In this document: in pieces, positions 1-9,611 of the stretch
How positions within the stretch are numbered: the first letter of the stretch is position 1
Layout: each line of letters opens with the position of its first letter
Source: Candidatus Bathyarchaeota archaeon
GTDB taxonomy: Archaea; Thermoproteota; Bathyarchaeia; Bathyarchaeales; Bathycorpusculaceae
DNA: 64,000 nt
Direction: 5' to 3'
NCBI GenBank assembly: GCA_963832745.1
Contig: CAWHVC010000001.1
Coordinates: forward strand, 224,001-288,000
Notes under the pieces: model-generated
Databases searched by the model: none
Told to the model about the DNA's origin: nothing
The model's input: the letters and a program-made list of their open reading frames with translations, nothing else
Position numbers and translations under genes: made by a program

Positions 1-41
1 ACTCTTCTGTGTCGCAGTCTTCGTCGGGTTTGGTTTGTACT

Positions 42-1067
42 TTATGGCTTCAGCCTTTTGGATGTCAATGGTTTAGGCACCGCGGGGACAAGTGGGTACG
101 TTTGACTTGCAGGTTCTTGTTTGCCATCGCTATTTGCAACCTGATTGACTGTAACTGGTTCACTAAGGGGAATTAGTACAAAATGGAGATCAAAGAAATA
201 TTCTCGTAACGTTTTTTCAATTTCCAGCTTGAGAGCAGTTATCTCCTTTAGTGAAAGCTCTTCTCTCAAGTAAAGTTCAACTTCAATAATTCGGGTTTTA
301 CCGCTGAACCGTGTGTAGATGTTTCCAATGTTTTCATAGTTCTCATAATACTTGGATAGGGCAGTTATTATTTTTAGTTGGTCAGCTTCAGGCAATGAAT
401 AATCGATTAGGATTTTAAAGTTTCCAATAGTGAGTGATGCACCACAAAAAAGCATGTAGGCACCAAGGATCGTTGAAATGGCTGGGTCGAGTATAAGGGC
501 AATCTGTGACTGGCCCAAGCTTGCAAGGACAAAAGCTGTGCTAAGGCTTACCAATATGCTTACGTTGATGATGGCGGTTACTTTGAAGTTCACATAGTAC
601 GATTTAACCATCGGGGATTCGCTTATCTTGTTTAGTCGTCGGGATTTTTCGAAGAGATAGAGACTGCGCAATAGGTTGGGAATTAAAGGTATTTGAGCAA
701 TCCCAATAGCGATTTCGGGTGGAAAAATAAACCTTGTAAGTGAAGAATAAATGATGAAAAGCGCTACGGGTATAGCGAGTGCCCCGTAAACGATGGCGGA
801 GAAATTTTCCAGTTTACCGGTTCCATAAGAAAATTTGAAAGTGTTTGATTTGATTATGGTACGGATTGATTTATAGGCAAATAATTGAACAATGAGAGAT
901 AAGCCGTAGTCGAAGGTAACTGCGAGGATAGTCATGGAGTTTGATAGAAGCCCAATTGCTAAGTATAGAATCATAAGGGGAATCATTGAGTACAAGGTTT
1001 GATCAACGAGTTTTTTTAACTCGTGAAGTGACTCAGCATTCTTGACCTTTGACAGTTTACGATTCAC
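42..1067 (-). CDS. Cation diffusion facilitator (CDF) family transporter
   Basis: About 6 TM segments, FSYGxGKLE motif, LDP in the last TM, C-terminal ZT-dimer-like domain (TRFSGKTRIIEVEL); canonical metal-site residues partly divergent. Confidence 0.8.
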   Translation of the reverse strand: MNRKLSKVKNAESLHELKKLVDQTLYSMIPLMILYLAIGLLSNSMTILAVTFDYGLSLIVQLFAYKSIRTIIKSNTFKFSYGTGKLENFSAIVYGALAIPVALFIIYSSLTRFIFPPEIAIGIAQIPLIPNLLRSLYLFEKSRRLNKISESPMVKSYYVNFKVTAIINVSILVSLSTAFVLASLGQSQIALILDPAISTILGAYMLFCGASLTIGNFKILIDYSLPEADQLKIITALSKYYENYENIGNIYTRFSGKTRIIEVELYLREELSLKEITALKLEIEKTLREYFFDLHFVLIPLSEPVTVNQVANSDGKQEPASQTYPLVPAVPKPLTSKRLKP

Positions 1068-1243
1068 CTTGGCTCATTCAACTATGCCCTTCTAGCCCAA
1101 GCAAGCATTGGTTCTAAAATAGAAAATTAGTAAAAACGCTTGCGCTGATCCCATACTAATTTGAAATTCATGTAAAAGAGCTTGCGAATGTTTGAGAAGA
1201 CATGATAGCTGCAAATAAATAGATCAGCCGCTGTAGTGCATAT

Positions 1244-1792
1244 ATGGAATTCAAAGCAGGAAAAGCAACAATCGAACTAATCAAAGGCGACATAACCGAC
1301 GTGCAAGCAGACGCCATCGTAAACGCCGCCAACGAGACACTTCTCGGTGGAGGTGGAGTGGACGGAGCCATCCATAGCAAAGGTGGAACAAAAATTTTAG
1401 AAGAATGCAAAAAAATACGGGCAACAACTTGGCCTGATGGGTTACCAATAGGGTACGCTGTGATTACTTCGGGCGGCAGCTTGAAGGCTAAGCATGTGAT
1501 TCATACAGTTGGGCCAGTGTGGCGTGGAGGTTTGCAGGGAGAAGCTGATCTGTTGAAGCAAGCGTATAGGAATTCGCTTAAGCTTGCTGTTGCCAATGGT
1601 CTTAAAACGGTTGCTTTTCCATCAATTAGCACAGGCGCGTACGGTTATCCTGTGGATGAAGCTAGCCGTGTAGCAGTTAAAACAATCAAGAATTTCCTTG
1701 AAAAAGAGGACAAACTTGACAGAGTAGTCATGGTATTGTTTTCTAAGCAAGCGTATGATGTTTACTTGTTCGCCGCAAAACAGATTTTTTAA
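1244..1792 (+). CDS. Macro domain protein (O-acetyl-ADP-ribose deacetylase, YmdB-like)
   Basis: GDIT, AIVNAAN, GGGVDGAIH, VIHTVGP and FPSISTGAYGYP motifs. Confidence 0.95.
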   Translation: MEFKAGKATIELIKGDITDVQADAIVNAANETLLGGGGVDGAIHSKGGTKILEECKKIRATTWPDGLPIGYAVITSGGSLKAKHVIHTVGPVWRGGLQGEADLLKQAYRNSLKLAVANGLKTVAFPSISTGAYGYPVDEASRVAVKTIKNFLEKEDKLDRVVMVLFSKQAYDVYLFAAKQIF

Positions 1793-1938
1793 ACAAATTT
1801 TTAAGCAATCATCCATGTGATGTATTAAAAAGCAAGCATAAAAACGCTGTTTTAGGCTTATTTTAAAAAATTTTTGTTCAGGTATCGAAAATGTTTTAAA
1901 CGAAAACGTACGATAACCATCCATTAGAGGAATCATCA

Positions 1939-2103
1939 ATGGCAAAATGCCCAGTTTGCGGAAAAGAAGTCAAAAACGCTAAGAAAACCTGGAAGATGGC
2001 AGGAAAACCAGACAAAAAAGGAAAGCGCACCCAGCTAACCATCGGTCTGTATGAATGCTGCGATAAAACTTTCAGGGAAGTTTTAGACAAGAAAAAAATC
2101 TAA
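1939..2103 (+). CDS. Small basic Cren7-like chromatin protein with a putative Zn site (54 aa, not in ORF track)
   Basis: Hand translation MAKCPVCGKEVKNAKKTWKMAGKPDKKGKRTQLTIGLYECCDKTFREVLDKKKI; GAGG upstream, T-tracts downstream; KxW...IGL(F/Y)...KxFR pattern as in Cren7. Confidence 0.75.
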   Translation: MAKCPVCGKEVKNAKKTWKMAGKPDKKGKRTQLTIGLYECCDKTFREVLDKKKI

Positions 2104-2210
2104 AACATTCCTTTAACCCTTTTTTTCCTTTTTTAAAAAACAAATTCTTTTTGCAACCCTTTTCTTCTTTACTTTAACACTGATTTTTAATATACTAATT
2201 GCGCTAAAAT

Positions 2211-2294
2211 AGCCGATACTGACCTACCCCCTAAAGGTTTCTGCATACCATTTCTACTAGGATCCAAATAGATTGGTATCGAGGTAGACTCCCC
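2211..2294 (+). repeat. Dispersed intergenic repeat, copy A
   Basis: GACCTACCCCCTAAAGGTTTCTGCATAC...CTACTAGGATCCAAATAG; similar to copies at ~20.6, 26.8 and 34.2 kb. Confidence 0.8.
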
Positions 2295-2733
2295 TGAGCT
2301 ATTCGTTTGCTGGCGTCTTCCAATATTTATACCCAGCATTAAATAAAAGAAAAAAGGCAAAGGCAAAATTTAAAAACTGAATCTGAAAAACAAAACATAC
2401 CTGTCAGCTCATAGATTTCAACAAACTGCAGAGATTTTTTACCGTGTTAATAGTTTTTGAATGCTGTGACTGTGAAGTTTAGTGGTATTCTTACCTTCCC
2501 CACTGGCATGATTCCGATGATAGTTTTTTGATAGAATGCAAAGTTGAAATTCAGATGCAAAGAAGGGTATATAGTAGCTTTTTCCGTACCCCTAAACTGT
2601 GCCGGTAATATATTCTGCAGCCACATTTGCCCAAAGATGATTGTCAAGATAAACGATTGTCACATCATTAGAATTGTAATGAGGAGTAAACCCAATTTTT
2701 TGGGAGAACCCTTAATGAAATGATTATTTCGGC

Positions 2734-2994
2734 TTAAGGGGTTAAATGTGTTTTCGTCAAACTTTCTTGACTAAGTCTTTTTGCAACATCATGTTTAACA
2801 TGTTTGCGCCATAGCCAAACAGTAATGGAAACTACAGATGAACCCGCCATTAGCAGACAGAAGGGTATTGACCCGAAACCGAACAGGGCGGTGCCGCACA
2901 ACGCGGCTACAGCTATGTCATCAAGGGGGCTAATTATGATTATCGCAAGTATCGTAGCTAGTAATGTGCCATATTTTTTCTTGTTTTTAATCAA
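2734..2994 (-). CDS. Small membrane protein
   Basis: Hydrophobic segments around SPLDD, basic tail. Confidence 0.6.
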   Translation of the reverse strand: MIKNKKKYGTLLATILAIIIISPLDDIAVAALCGTALFGFGSIPFCLLMAGSSVVSITVWLWRKHVKHDVAKRLSQESLTKTHLTP

Positions 2995-3012
2995 CAGAAT
3001 CCCAGCAGTTCC

Positions 3013-3258
3013 TTACGTTTTTTGAAACCCTAACAAATGGATAAAGGATAGGCATCCTTTGCAGTAAAGCACCACTTCGTTAAGGTTATTGTCGGTCATT
3101 AGTGTCTCGTAAATTACATAATTGTCTTCGGAATGGTCGTCAGGTGATATCGTTAAGCCGCAGTTTGGGCAGAAAAAAGCGCCGTTGCCGTCAGTTTGGG
3201 ATATGTCAAGTTTGTATGCTTTGACTTGTTTAGTTTTTTGCTTCATCTTATCCCTCAA
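3013..3258 (-). CDS. Small Zn-ribbon protein
   Basis: CPNC...CKGC, ISPDD motif. Confidence 0.7.
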   Translation of the reverse strand: MRDKMKQKTKQVKAYKLDISQTDGNGAFFCPNCGLTISPDDHSEDNYVIYETLMTDNNLNEVVLYCKGCLSFIHLLGFQKT

Positions 3259-3376
3259 TTTAAAGAGAGGCGCTAAAAAAGTTATTAAATAATTTTCAGA
3301 ATATTACCCAAATTAACCCCAAAAAGAAATACAGCCAAAAAAGGTTCACAGGTAACAAGTTTGCTGATAAGAAAAG

Positions 3377-3865
3377 TCAGGCTACTTGCTTGATTGCCCC
3401 GGCTTTTTGCAACATAATCCGCATAGTTACGCCAGCTACAACAAAAAAGACACCTACAATGATTAGAGCAAGACCGACAATACTTGGTATGCTGGGATAT
3501 GTTAAGGAATATTCTATTGTTTGTCCGTTTGTTGAGCTTAAATTGTTTATGATGACTGCGTATGAGCCAAAGGTTTGGGCGTTAAAGGAGAATTCTACAT
3601 TACTGTAAACTGTTCCACCATTGTAAATGACTTCATTTTGTGGATTTTCTACGTAAACGTTAATGCCTTCGTTTCCGTTAAGAACTGTTACTGCACCTTG
3701 AACTTTATCGCCTGCGCTCAACTCAAGTGGAACGGATAATCCGTCAGAAATGGGCAAGGTTACAGTGTGAGTTTGAGTGGTTGAAACCGTGTATGCAGCA
3801 ATCCCTGAAACCAAAATAGCGAGTCCGATGATTGTCAAGATTAAGCCTAATGTTCTTTTTTGCAT
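3377..3865 (-). CDS. Membrane-anchored protein with emp24/GOLD-like beta domain
   Basis: N- and C-terminal TM; INVYVENP...FSFNA...GSY pattern. Confidence 0.65.
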   Translation of the reverse strand: MQKRTLGLILTIIGLAILVSGIAAYTVSTTQTHTVTLPISDGLSVPLELSAGDKVQGAVTVLNGNEGINVYVENPQNEVIYNGGTVYSNVEFSFNAQTFGSYAVIINNLSSTNGQTIEYSLTYPSIPSIVGLALIIVGVFFVVAGVTMRIMLQKAGAIKQVA

Positions 3866-3982
3866 GATTATCGCTTCGTTTTTGTTTATAAGAGCATTCT
3901 TTTAAGCATTTTGTTACATAAAGGCAACCTTAAATCGAAAACAAAGCTCTTAAAGAATAAACTGCTATCTATCTTGACTGCC

Positions 3983-4330
3983 ATGTCAACCTCAAGTTGC
4001 CCAAAATGCGGAAAACAAGTGCCTGTAGACGCCACATTTTGTCCTCACTGCGGCTTGTTTTTTGCTCAACTTCAACCATTAGCTCAACCCTCGATGGCTA
4101 GGCAGAGAGTTAATACGCATACTTATGGGTGGATAATTATGGCTTTCCTTGTGTCGTTCTTGTGGTTTAAAATAAATAATGTGCTCCTGTTTCCGCTTGG
4201 TTTTATAGGTGGCTTAATTATCATGGGTTTCTCAGGGCATATTGACAAACAAGTTGGTAAGCCTTCCATGGTTATCCTTGGAGTTGCTTTATCGTTTGTG
4301 GGTATGATTATAGGTGCAATCATAAGGTAA
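3983..4330 (+). CDS. Zinc-ribbon membrane protein
   Basis: CPKCG...FCPHCG followed by 3 TM; start taken at the ATG of MSTSS rather than 3860. Confidence 0.75.
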   Translation: MSTSSCPKCGKQVPVDATFCPHCGLFFAQLQPLAQPSMARQRVNTHTYGWIIMAFLVSFLWFKINNVLLFPLGFIGGLIIMGFSGHIDKQVGKPSMVILGVALSFVGMIIGAIIR

Positions 4331-4434
4331 ATTGGCCCAAAAAAGAGTTTTTCAATCAAGCAAGCACTTGAACGCATGCAAAACTATTTTAGTTGATAAC
4401 AGAAAATAGTTAAGAATTAAGGAGTAAGGAGAAA

Positions 4435-4914
4435 TTGCAACTAAATTTGAACGGTTTCCTAGATGGATTGTCTAAAGAAAAGTATCTTGTTTATTTTCTG
4501 TTAGCTTGGGCAGGAGTGCTTTTCTTTTGGGGAATATCTGGTGTGTACTTTAATGTAACGGACCTAAGAAACGCTTATGACGGGATTATGATCCTCACTG
4601 ATTTGCTTGAAATAGGTGCAGGCGCAGTGCTAGCTGTAATCGCCGCCAAACTGTTAATGCCCAGTTTTATGCCAACCATGAAAAGAGAACCATTAGTAAT
4701 CTATTTCCTACTGTTATGGGCTGGCTCATTCTTCTTTAATGGAATAGCCAACATTGCATGGTTTGCACAGTACGGTGTTGACATAGATATCCTGGGTGCT
4801 TTATGCGCATTAGCTGCGGGTGCAGTATTGGCGCTGTTTGCATGGAAACTGCTACAATCACCTTCAGACAATTTAGCAGAAAAACTACGGCAACCAATAA
4901 GCCCAACAGTCTAA
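4435..4914 (+). CDS. Membrane protein with internal two-fold repeat
   Basis: YFLLAWAGVLFFWGI / YFLLLWAGSFFFNGI and GAGAVLA / AAGAVLA repeats; GGAG upstream. Confidence 0.8.
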   Translation: MQLNLNGFLDGLSKEKYLVYFLLAWAGVLFFWGISGVYFNVTDLRNAYDGIMILTDLLEIGAGAVLAVIAAKLLMPSFMPTMKREPLVIYFLLLWAGSFFFNGIANIAWFAQYGVDIDILGALCALAAGAVLALFAWKLLQSPSDNLAEKLRQPISPTV

Positions 4915-4961
4915 ACTCTTCTTTTTCTTTTCATTTTTTTTATCTTAAAATTTTTCTGAAT

Positions 4962-5348
4962 TCAAGGGTTTTCTGACAAAGCCTCTAAAGTGTTCCATAA
5001 CCGTTTGATAGCCTTCATGCCTTCTTTACGTGGAATCCCACCGTAAGCACGTGTAGATTCACTGAATTCCGTTTCAGGTAAATACGCTCGAGCGTCAGGA
5101 TAAAAACTTGGAGGAATATATGTTACCCAACCTTCCGTTTTTGCCAAAACCCCCTCTTCGGTGGGTACAAGAGTTACTTCAAAAAATTTTGAAGCCGAAA
5201 GAATGCCTCTACCCCAGCGGCCATAAACATAGTCAGAGGTGTTTATCAGGATTTTAACTTTGTTTTCGTGGAACCATTTCAGCAATACAGATTTAGCCTG
5301 CCCCACCGTGATGCCTTTGACGAGAATGTCTTTTGTTGTTCGACTCAT
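4962..5348 (-). CDS. Hypothetical protein
   Basis: 128-aa ORF with normal composition. Confidence 0.65.
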   Translation of the reverse strand: MSRTTKDILVKGITVGQAKSVLLKWFHENKVKILINTSDYVYGRWGRGILSASKFFEVTLVPTEEGVLAKTEGWVTYIPPSFYPDARAYLPETEFSESTRAYGGIPRKEGMKAIKRLWNTLEALSENP

Positions 5349-5425
5349 AAAGGTAACCGCTCACGCGTTTCACTATTTAACCCAGATGATTAAAAGCTTC
5401 GTTGATGAACTTGTTAGCGGTTTTT

Positions 5426-5620
5426 CTATTCTTCTTTGGGTTTTTGTGCTTGTGGATAAGTTACGGGGTCATTCACTGATGAGTAAACGTTAAAGAAACT
5501 TCTTTTGCCACATGCTGGACATTGAATATATTTAAGTGGACCAAGATGCACAAACGAATCAAGCGGCATATACGTGTACTCAAAAACGGCGCCACACTTT
5601 TTACATTTGAGCCGAGCCAT
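5426..5620 (-). CDS. Small Zn-finger protein
   Basis: CKKCG...CPACG. Confidence 0.75.
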   Translation of the reverse strand: MARLKCKKCGAVFEYTYMPLDSFVHLGPLKYIQCPACGKRSFFNVYSSVNDPVTYPQAQKPKEE

Positions 5621-5760
5621 ACAATCAAAGTCCCATGCTTTTCATTTGAAGGTTCTCCGTAAAATTTTAACATTTTCCCAAATTCTCAAAATGGTTTGGC
5701 ACTGCTAAAAAATACGCGCTGTTTTAGATAAAAAAAATAAAAGAGGAGTGTTTTACGTGT

Positions 5761-8091
5761 TTAAGGTTTTTTTCTTAACAACAGTAATGTAGCTATAGCG
5801 ACTGCAATTATTACAGCGATGCCTGTACCAATTGTAATAACCGAATTGTCAATTTGCTGGTTTATTTGAGATGTTATTGGTGAGGGTGTTGTAGGTGCTT
5901 CTGTTATTCCAAGTGGAGCCGCGGCGACGGAACTGCCATATGATGCATCTCCAGCAAATGTAGCGTAAATTGTGTATTCTCCTGCAATCTCGGGTTGCCA
6001 CATCTTTTGATACATTCCGGTTAGTCCATCAGAAGTCACTGTGTCAATATGGATCGAGTTTCCGTTTGGATCGATAGCATCAAGCGATACTTGAACACCA
6101 GTTACGGTTGAGGGTATTGGTTTTTGCATGTGAAGGTATTCCATCCATGCACCCATACTTTCAGATGACACACATGGAGTGCCTGGCTGGGCTGGAGAAA
6201 GATCGGTTACTGAACCAGTAATCATTACGCTTTGCCCTAAGGTCGGTGCTGTCAGAGGCATAGAAACTGTGATAGCACTCTTGCCTTTGCCCATTGCATA
6301 CAATTGTAGGTCGTATTCGTCACAGTGCAGTAGGACGCCATCCGCGATAGTTTTAGGGTCACCGGTAGATGCTCCAGATAAGTCAGAGATATTCCATAAT
6401 TGCTGTCCAGTGTATGCGTCTATGCAGTAAAGTCTGTTTCCGATTGGAACTGGGTTGCTTGGACTGTGCTCGCCCGTGCTTTGATAGACTTTTCCGTCAG
6501 CGATGACTGCACCGCCCCACATAGCCCAACCTGGATATGGCGATTCATAGCCAGACGGGGGGGTCTTGTAAACCCATTCTCTTGCGCCTGTTTCACCGTT
6601 AAAGCAGTACAGACCGTCATAGCATGATGCATAGACATTTCCGTATGCGTAGCTCATTCCCGAGTATGACCAGAAGGTTCCCCATGGATAATCGGCTTCT
6701 GCTTCCCATAGTTTAGTGCCTGTAGCCATGTCATAGGCTCGAACTTTTGCGCCATCGCCGGAAGTGAATAGTTTTTCGTCGCCAGCGCATATTGCACCTG
6801 TTTCTCTTTCTTCAGCAGGCAAGGTTCTGTTCCAAAGTACTTGTCCGGTTTCTAAGTCAACACATCCTGACATGCTTGGGTTGTTGGCTATGGTGCCTCC
6901 GTAGCGTCCAGAGATGTATGATATTGCAAAGCCAGGGTCAGAAACATTGTATTTTATCAGTTGCTTGAAGCTTGTTGCTGTGGGCGCGAAACCGAAGACA
7001 GTATTAGAAGCTAAGGGGGCTTCAGTTGTGTTCCAACAGATTAAGCGACCGCCACTTCTGCTGTATACTAATGGGTTTTGAGTGGACCCGTCTAAAGTTC
7101 CGCTAAGTGTGCCGTTTAACCTGTAGACTTCTTGTCCCGTCCATGGATTGTATTTTATGTAGGATGAACCAATCGATACTAGGAACGGCTGGAATTCTAA
7201 GGGTGTTAACCGTTTTTGTTGGAATATAACGCCTGATATTGTAGACATCGACGGATTTACCCAAAGCTCTTCACCTGTTTTGACGTTTACGCAATGCGTC
7301 GCACCTGCTGCGTCTCTATAATAAGTGTACCCGTAAAAGATGATGTTTGTCCGCCCAATTACTGTTGTTGAACCACCACCGTAAGTTAATGATCCATAAT
7401 TTCCGCCGATGATGCCGCCGATTTCTACTTGTTTCTTCCATAGTATGTGAGGTGATTCTGGTCCTTGACTGTATGGGTTAAACCTTGAAGACCCTGCGTC
7501 ATAGCCTGCTTGTACCCAGTCGCCTGCTATTGCACCCCATTCCTTGTTTTCTTCGCGGATTGGACGTTCCCAATACTCTGTTGGTAACGCAACTGGTGCA
7601 ACGCCTGGCACTGGTTCTTCAGTGACGTTGAATGTTAGCACTGGACTTTGGCTTGCCTTGTAGTTTCCGCCTGCCCAATACGCTGATGGGCCTGTGTATG
7701 CGGTTAGATTCTGTGCTGGAAATACTTGTCCTGGAAACACCATTTGATATTTCCATGTGCCAACTTGGTCAGGTACGTATTCAAACCAGTTTGCTGCTGT
7801 TCCCCATGGTTCTGAGTCAATGTTTACTACATCTTGTGTTCCATCAGGTTTTGTGAAAGTTACAATGTAGTGAAAAACTGGTCCGCTTGGAATTGACGGC
7901 GTCATCCATAGGTTAACAAGTAATGTTTGGTCAACACCTATTGGGTCGGGATTGACACTAATGTAGGAAAGAGTTTGAATTTGTTCATCGCCTGAAACTG
8001 ATAGCGTAGATGTAGCCATTATAAGTGTGCTCATCATAAGTATGGCAAAAAGTATTGCTATCGAATTTTTCTTTAAACGTTTTATTTTCAT
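5761..8091 (-). CDS. Secreted, membrane-anchored PQQ-like beta-propeller protein
   Basis: Signal peptide, repeated xxTGxxLW (PQQ-type) blades, C-terminal TM plus RKK. Confidence 0.9.
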   Translation of the reverse strand: MKIKRLKKNSIAILFAILMMSTLIMATSTLSVSGDEQIQTLSYISVNPDPIGVDQTLLVNLWMTPSIPSGPVFHYIVTFTKPDGTQDVVNIDSEPWGTAANWFEYVPDQVGTWKYQMVFPGQVFPAQNLTAYTGPSAYWAGGNYKASQSPVLTFNVTEEPVPGVAPVALPTEYWERPIREENKEWGAIAGDWVQAGYDAGSSRFNPYSQGPESPHILWKKQVEIGGIIGGNYGSLTYGGGSTTVIGRTNIIFYGYTYYRDAAGATHCVNVKTGEELWVNPSMSTISGVIFQQKRLTPLEFQPFLVSIGSSYIKYNPWTGQEVYRLNGTLSGTLDGSTQNPLVYSRSGGRLICWNTTEAPLASNTVFGFAPTATSFKQLIKYNVSDPGFAISYISGRYGGTIANNPSMSGCVDLETGQVLWNRTLPAEERETGAICAGDEKLFTSGDGAKVRAYDMATGTKLWEAEADYPWGTFWSYSGMSYAYGNVYASCYDGLYCFNGETGAREWVYKTPPSGYESPYPGWAMWGGAVIADGKVYQSTGEHSPSNPVPIGNRLYCIDAYTGQQLWNISDLSGASTGDPKTIADGVLLHCDEYDLQLYAMGKGKSAITVSMPLTAPTLGQSVMITGSVTDLSPAQPGTPCVSSESMGAWMEYLHMQKPIPSTVTGVQVSLDAIDPNGNSIHIDTVTSDGLTGMYQKMWQPEIAGEYTIYATFAGDASYGSSVAAAPLGITEAPTTPSPITSQINQQIDNSVITIGTGIAVIIAVAIATLLLLRKKP

Positions 8092-8372
8092 ATTTTCCTC
8101 TCGTTAAATTTCAGATAAATTCAGCTCTCAACCGATTGGGTATTTATATTTTATTTAGTGGGTAAAAAAAAATTAAAAAAAATAACTAAACAAATGAATC
8201 AATGTTGTTTTTTTAGAGCCCAAACTTGAAACCCACTAAACAGAATCAGGCACTCACTCTTATGCCTGCACTAATCACCACTAAAGTGCGCTGAGTGACC
8301 TAAAATAAGATTTAACCGTCGAAGGGGTGATTACATGCTTAGTTAAAAAATAGTTAATGGTGGGGGACAGTT

Positions 8373-8394
8373 GGGGATGATGTCGCCGTCCCAG
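8373..8394 (+). repeat. attL direct repeat (truncated 5' half of the C/D sRNA)
   Basis: Identical to 13273-13294. Confidence 0.9.
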
Positions 8395-8442
8395 CCTTAG
8401 GGCAAAGTAAATTTTATCGATGTTATATGATGTTGTTGAGGT

Positions 8443-8790
8443 CTAGTTATAAGCTTTAGGGGGAATTCTTTCTTTTTCCAATTTGCCAACGAAATATTTC
8501 TCTAAATCATAAATAAACTCGTTAGCATAAGCCATCCAAACATGATGCACGCCTTGGTAAGCTCCGCAATTAGGACAAATATTTCCAAAGTTATGGTCTT
8601 CAAAGACAGTTTCAACGGGTGCAAGATTGCCTCTATATTCTGAATTGTAAACATCTTCAGTCATTGGATATGTTACTTGCATTTTTCCATTGCATTTATA
8701 GCAAGACCAAGGAAATCTATAAACTGAAATTTTCATATTAGTGAGCACCTTTGAAGTAATCTGTTGGTTATTCAATAAATGCTTAATCAT
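8443..8790 (-). CDS. Zn-binding hypothetical protein (element cargo)
   Basis: CYKC...NICPNCG. Confidence 0.7.
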   Translation of the reverse strand: MIKHLLNNQQITSKVLTNMKISVYRFPWSCYKCNGKMQVTYPMTEDVYNSEYRGNLAPVETVFEDHNFGNICPNCGAYQGVHHVWMAYANEFIYDLEKYFVGKLEKERIPPKAYN

Positions 8791-8899
8791 TAATTAGAGC
8801 TGATAATGGAGTACCCAGAAAATAAGCTTAGAATATTCAGTTGGCGGCAACCCTTGTGGTTGCTCGCTTCCAACAAATCCTTCTAAATACTAAGCGAAC

Positions 8900-9538
8900 C
8901 TATTTTCCGCCAACGTCTTCTCGAAAAGCATCCTCAAGAAATGAGTCAACCCTTTTTATGTTAGCAGTTATCTGACTTGTCTGTTCCTTAAAATCAGCAA
9001 ACAATTCAGGATATTTTTTAACGATTTCTATAAGTGTCTTTATCTGCTCCATGCTCGTTTCCTTTAGCAATAGGAAACCAAAAATGGCTGAAACATCAGT
9101 TTTATCAATTTTGCCTTTAGCAAGAATTGCCTGATAACCCATTTTAAACGGTTCATATCCAAGTATTGATGACATTTCAACAACACATTGAAGTTGCCTA
9201 TTTTCTGGATAGATTTCAAGTATTCTGTTTGAGAGGACTTTTTGATTGGCTTCTTCAGCAAGGGCAATATAAACTCCTGCGGTTGTCAGCCAAAAAAGTT
9301 GGTGGTCTCTGCCACGATATTCTTCTAATTTTATTTCGGTTATGATGCCTTTTTCTTGCATTGAATCGAAAGCGTTCCAAACTGACTTGTAATGTCCGTT
9401 AATAATTTTATTTAAGCTGTATTTTGACTTAGGAGGGTTTTCTGCTAAGCATAGGAGTATGCGTTTTTGTAACGGCGGAAGGAACTGGCTTTCGGTAATA
9501 GCTTTTGATATATGTTCTTCCCCTTGTGGTTGAGCCAT
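8900..9538 (-). CDS. Winged-helix DNA-binding protein, divergent from rep
   Basis: N-terminal MarR/PadR-like wHTH (SKYSLNK..HYKSVWNAFDSMQEKGII...FWLTTAG). Confidence 0.7.
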   Translation of the reverse strand: MAQPQGEEHISKAITESQFLPPLQKRILLCLAENPPKSKYSLNKIINGHYKSVWNAFDSMQEKGIITEIKLEEYRGRDHQLFWLTTAGVYIALAEEANQKVLSNRILEIYPENRQLQCVVEMSSILGYEPFKMGYQAILAKGKIDKTDVSAIFGFLLLKETSMEQIKTLIEIVKKYPELFADFKEQTSQITANIKRVDSFLEDAFREDVGGK

Positions 9539-9611
9539 AGTATGTACTCCGATTTTAACTATGTCATACGGTGCCTATATTAAATTTTGCCAATTTATGC
9601 CTCGATGAAAT

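Noticed and set aside
1896-2090. 64-aa minus-strand ORF and similar antisense ORFs across the track
   Set aside because: Antisense to better supported genes and without recognisable motifs
8373-8394. att repeat as a tRNA 3' end
   Set aside because: No cloverleaf, TTCRA T-loop or acceptor stem on either strand at either copy; a C/D box architecture fits instead
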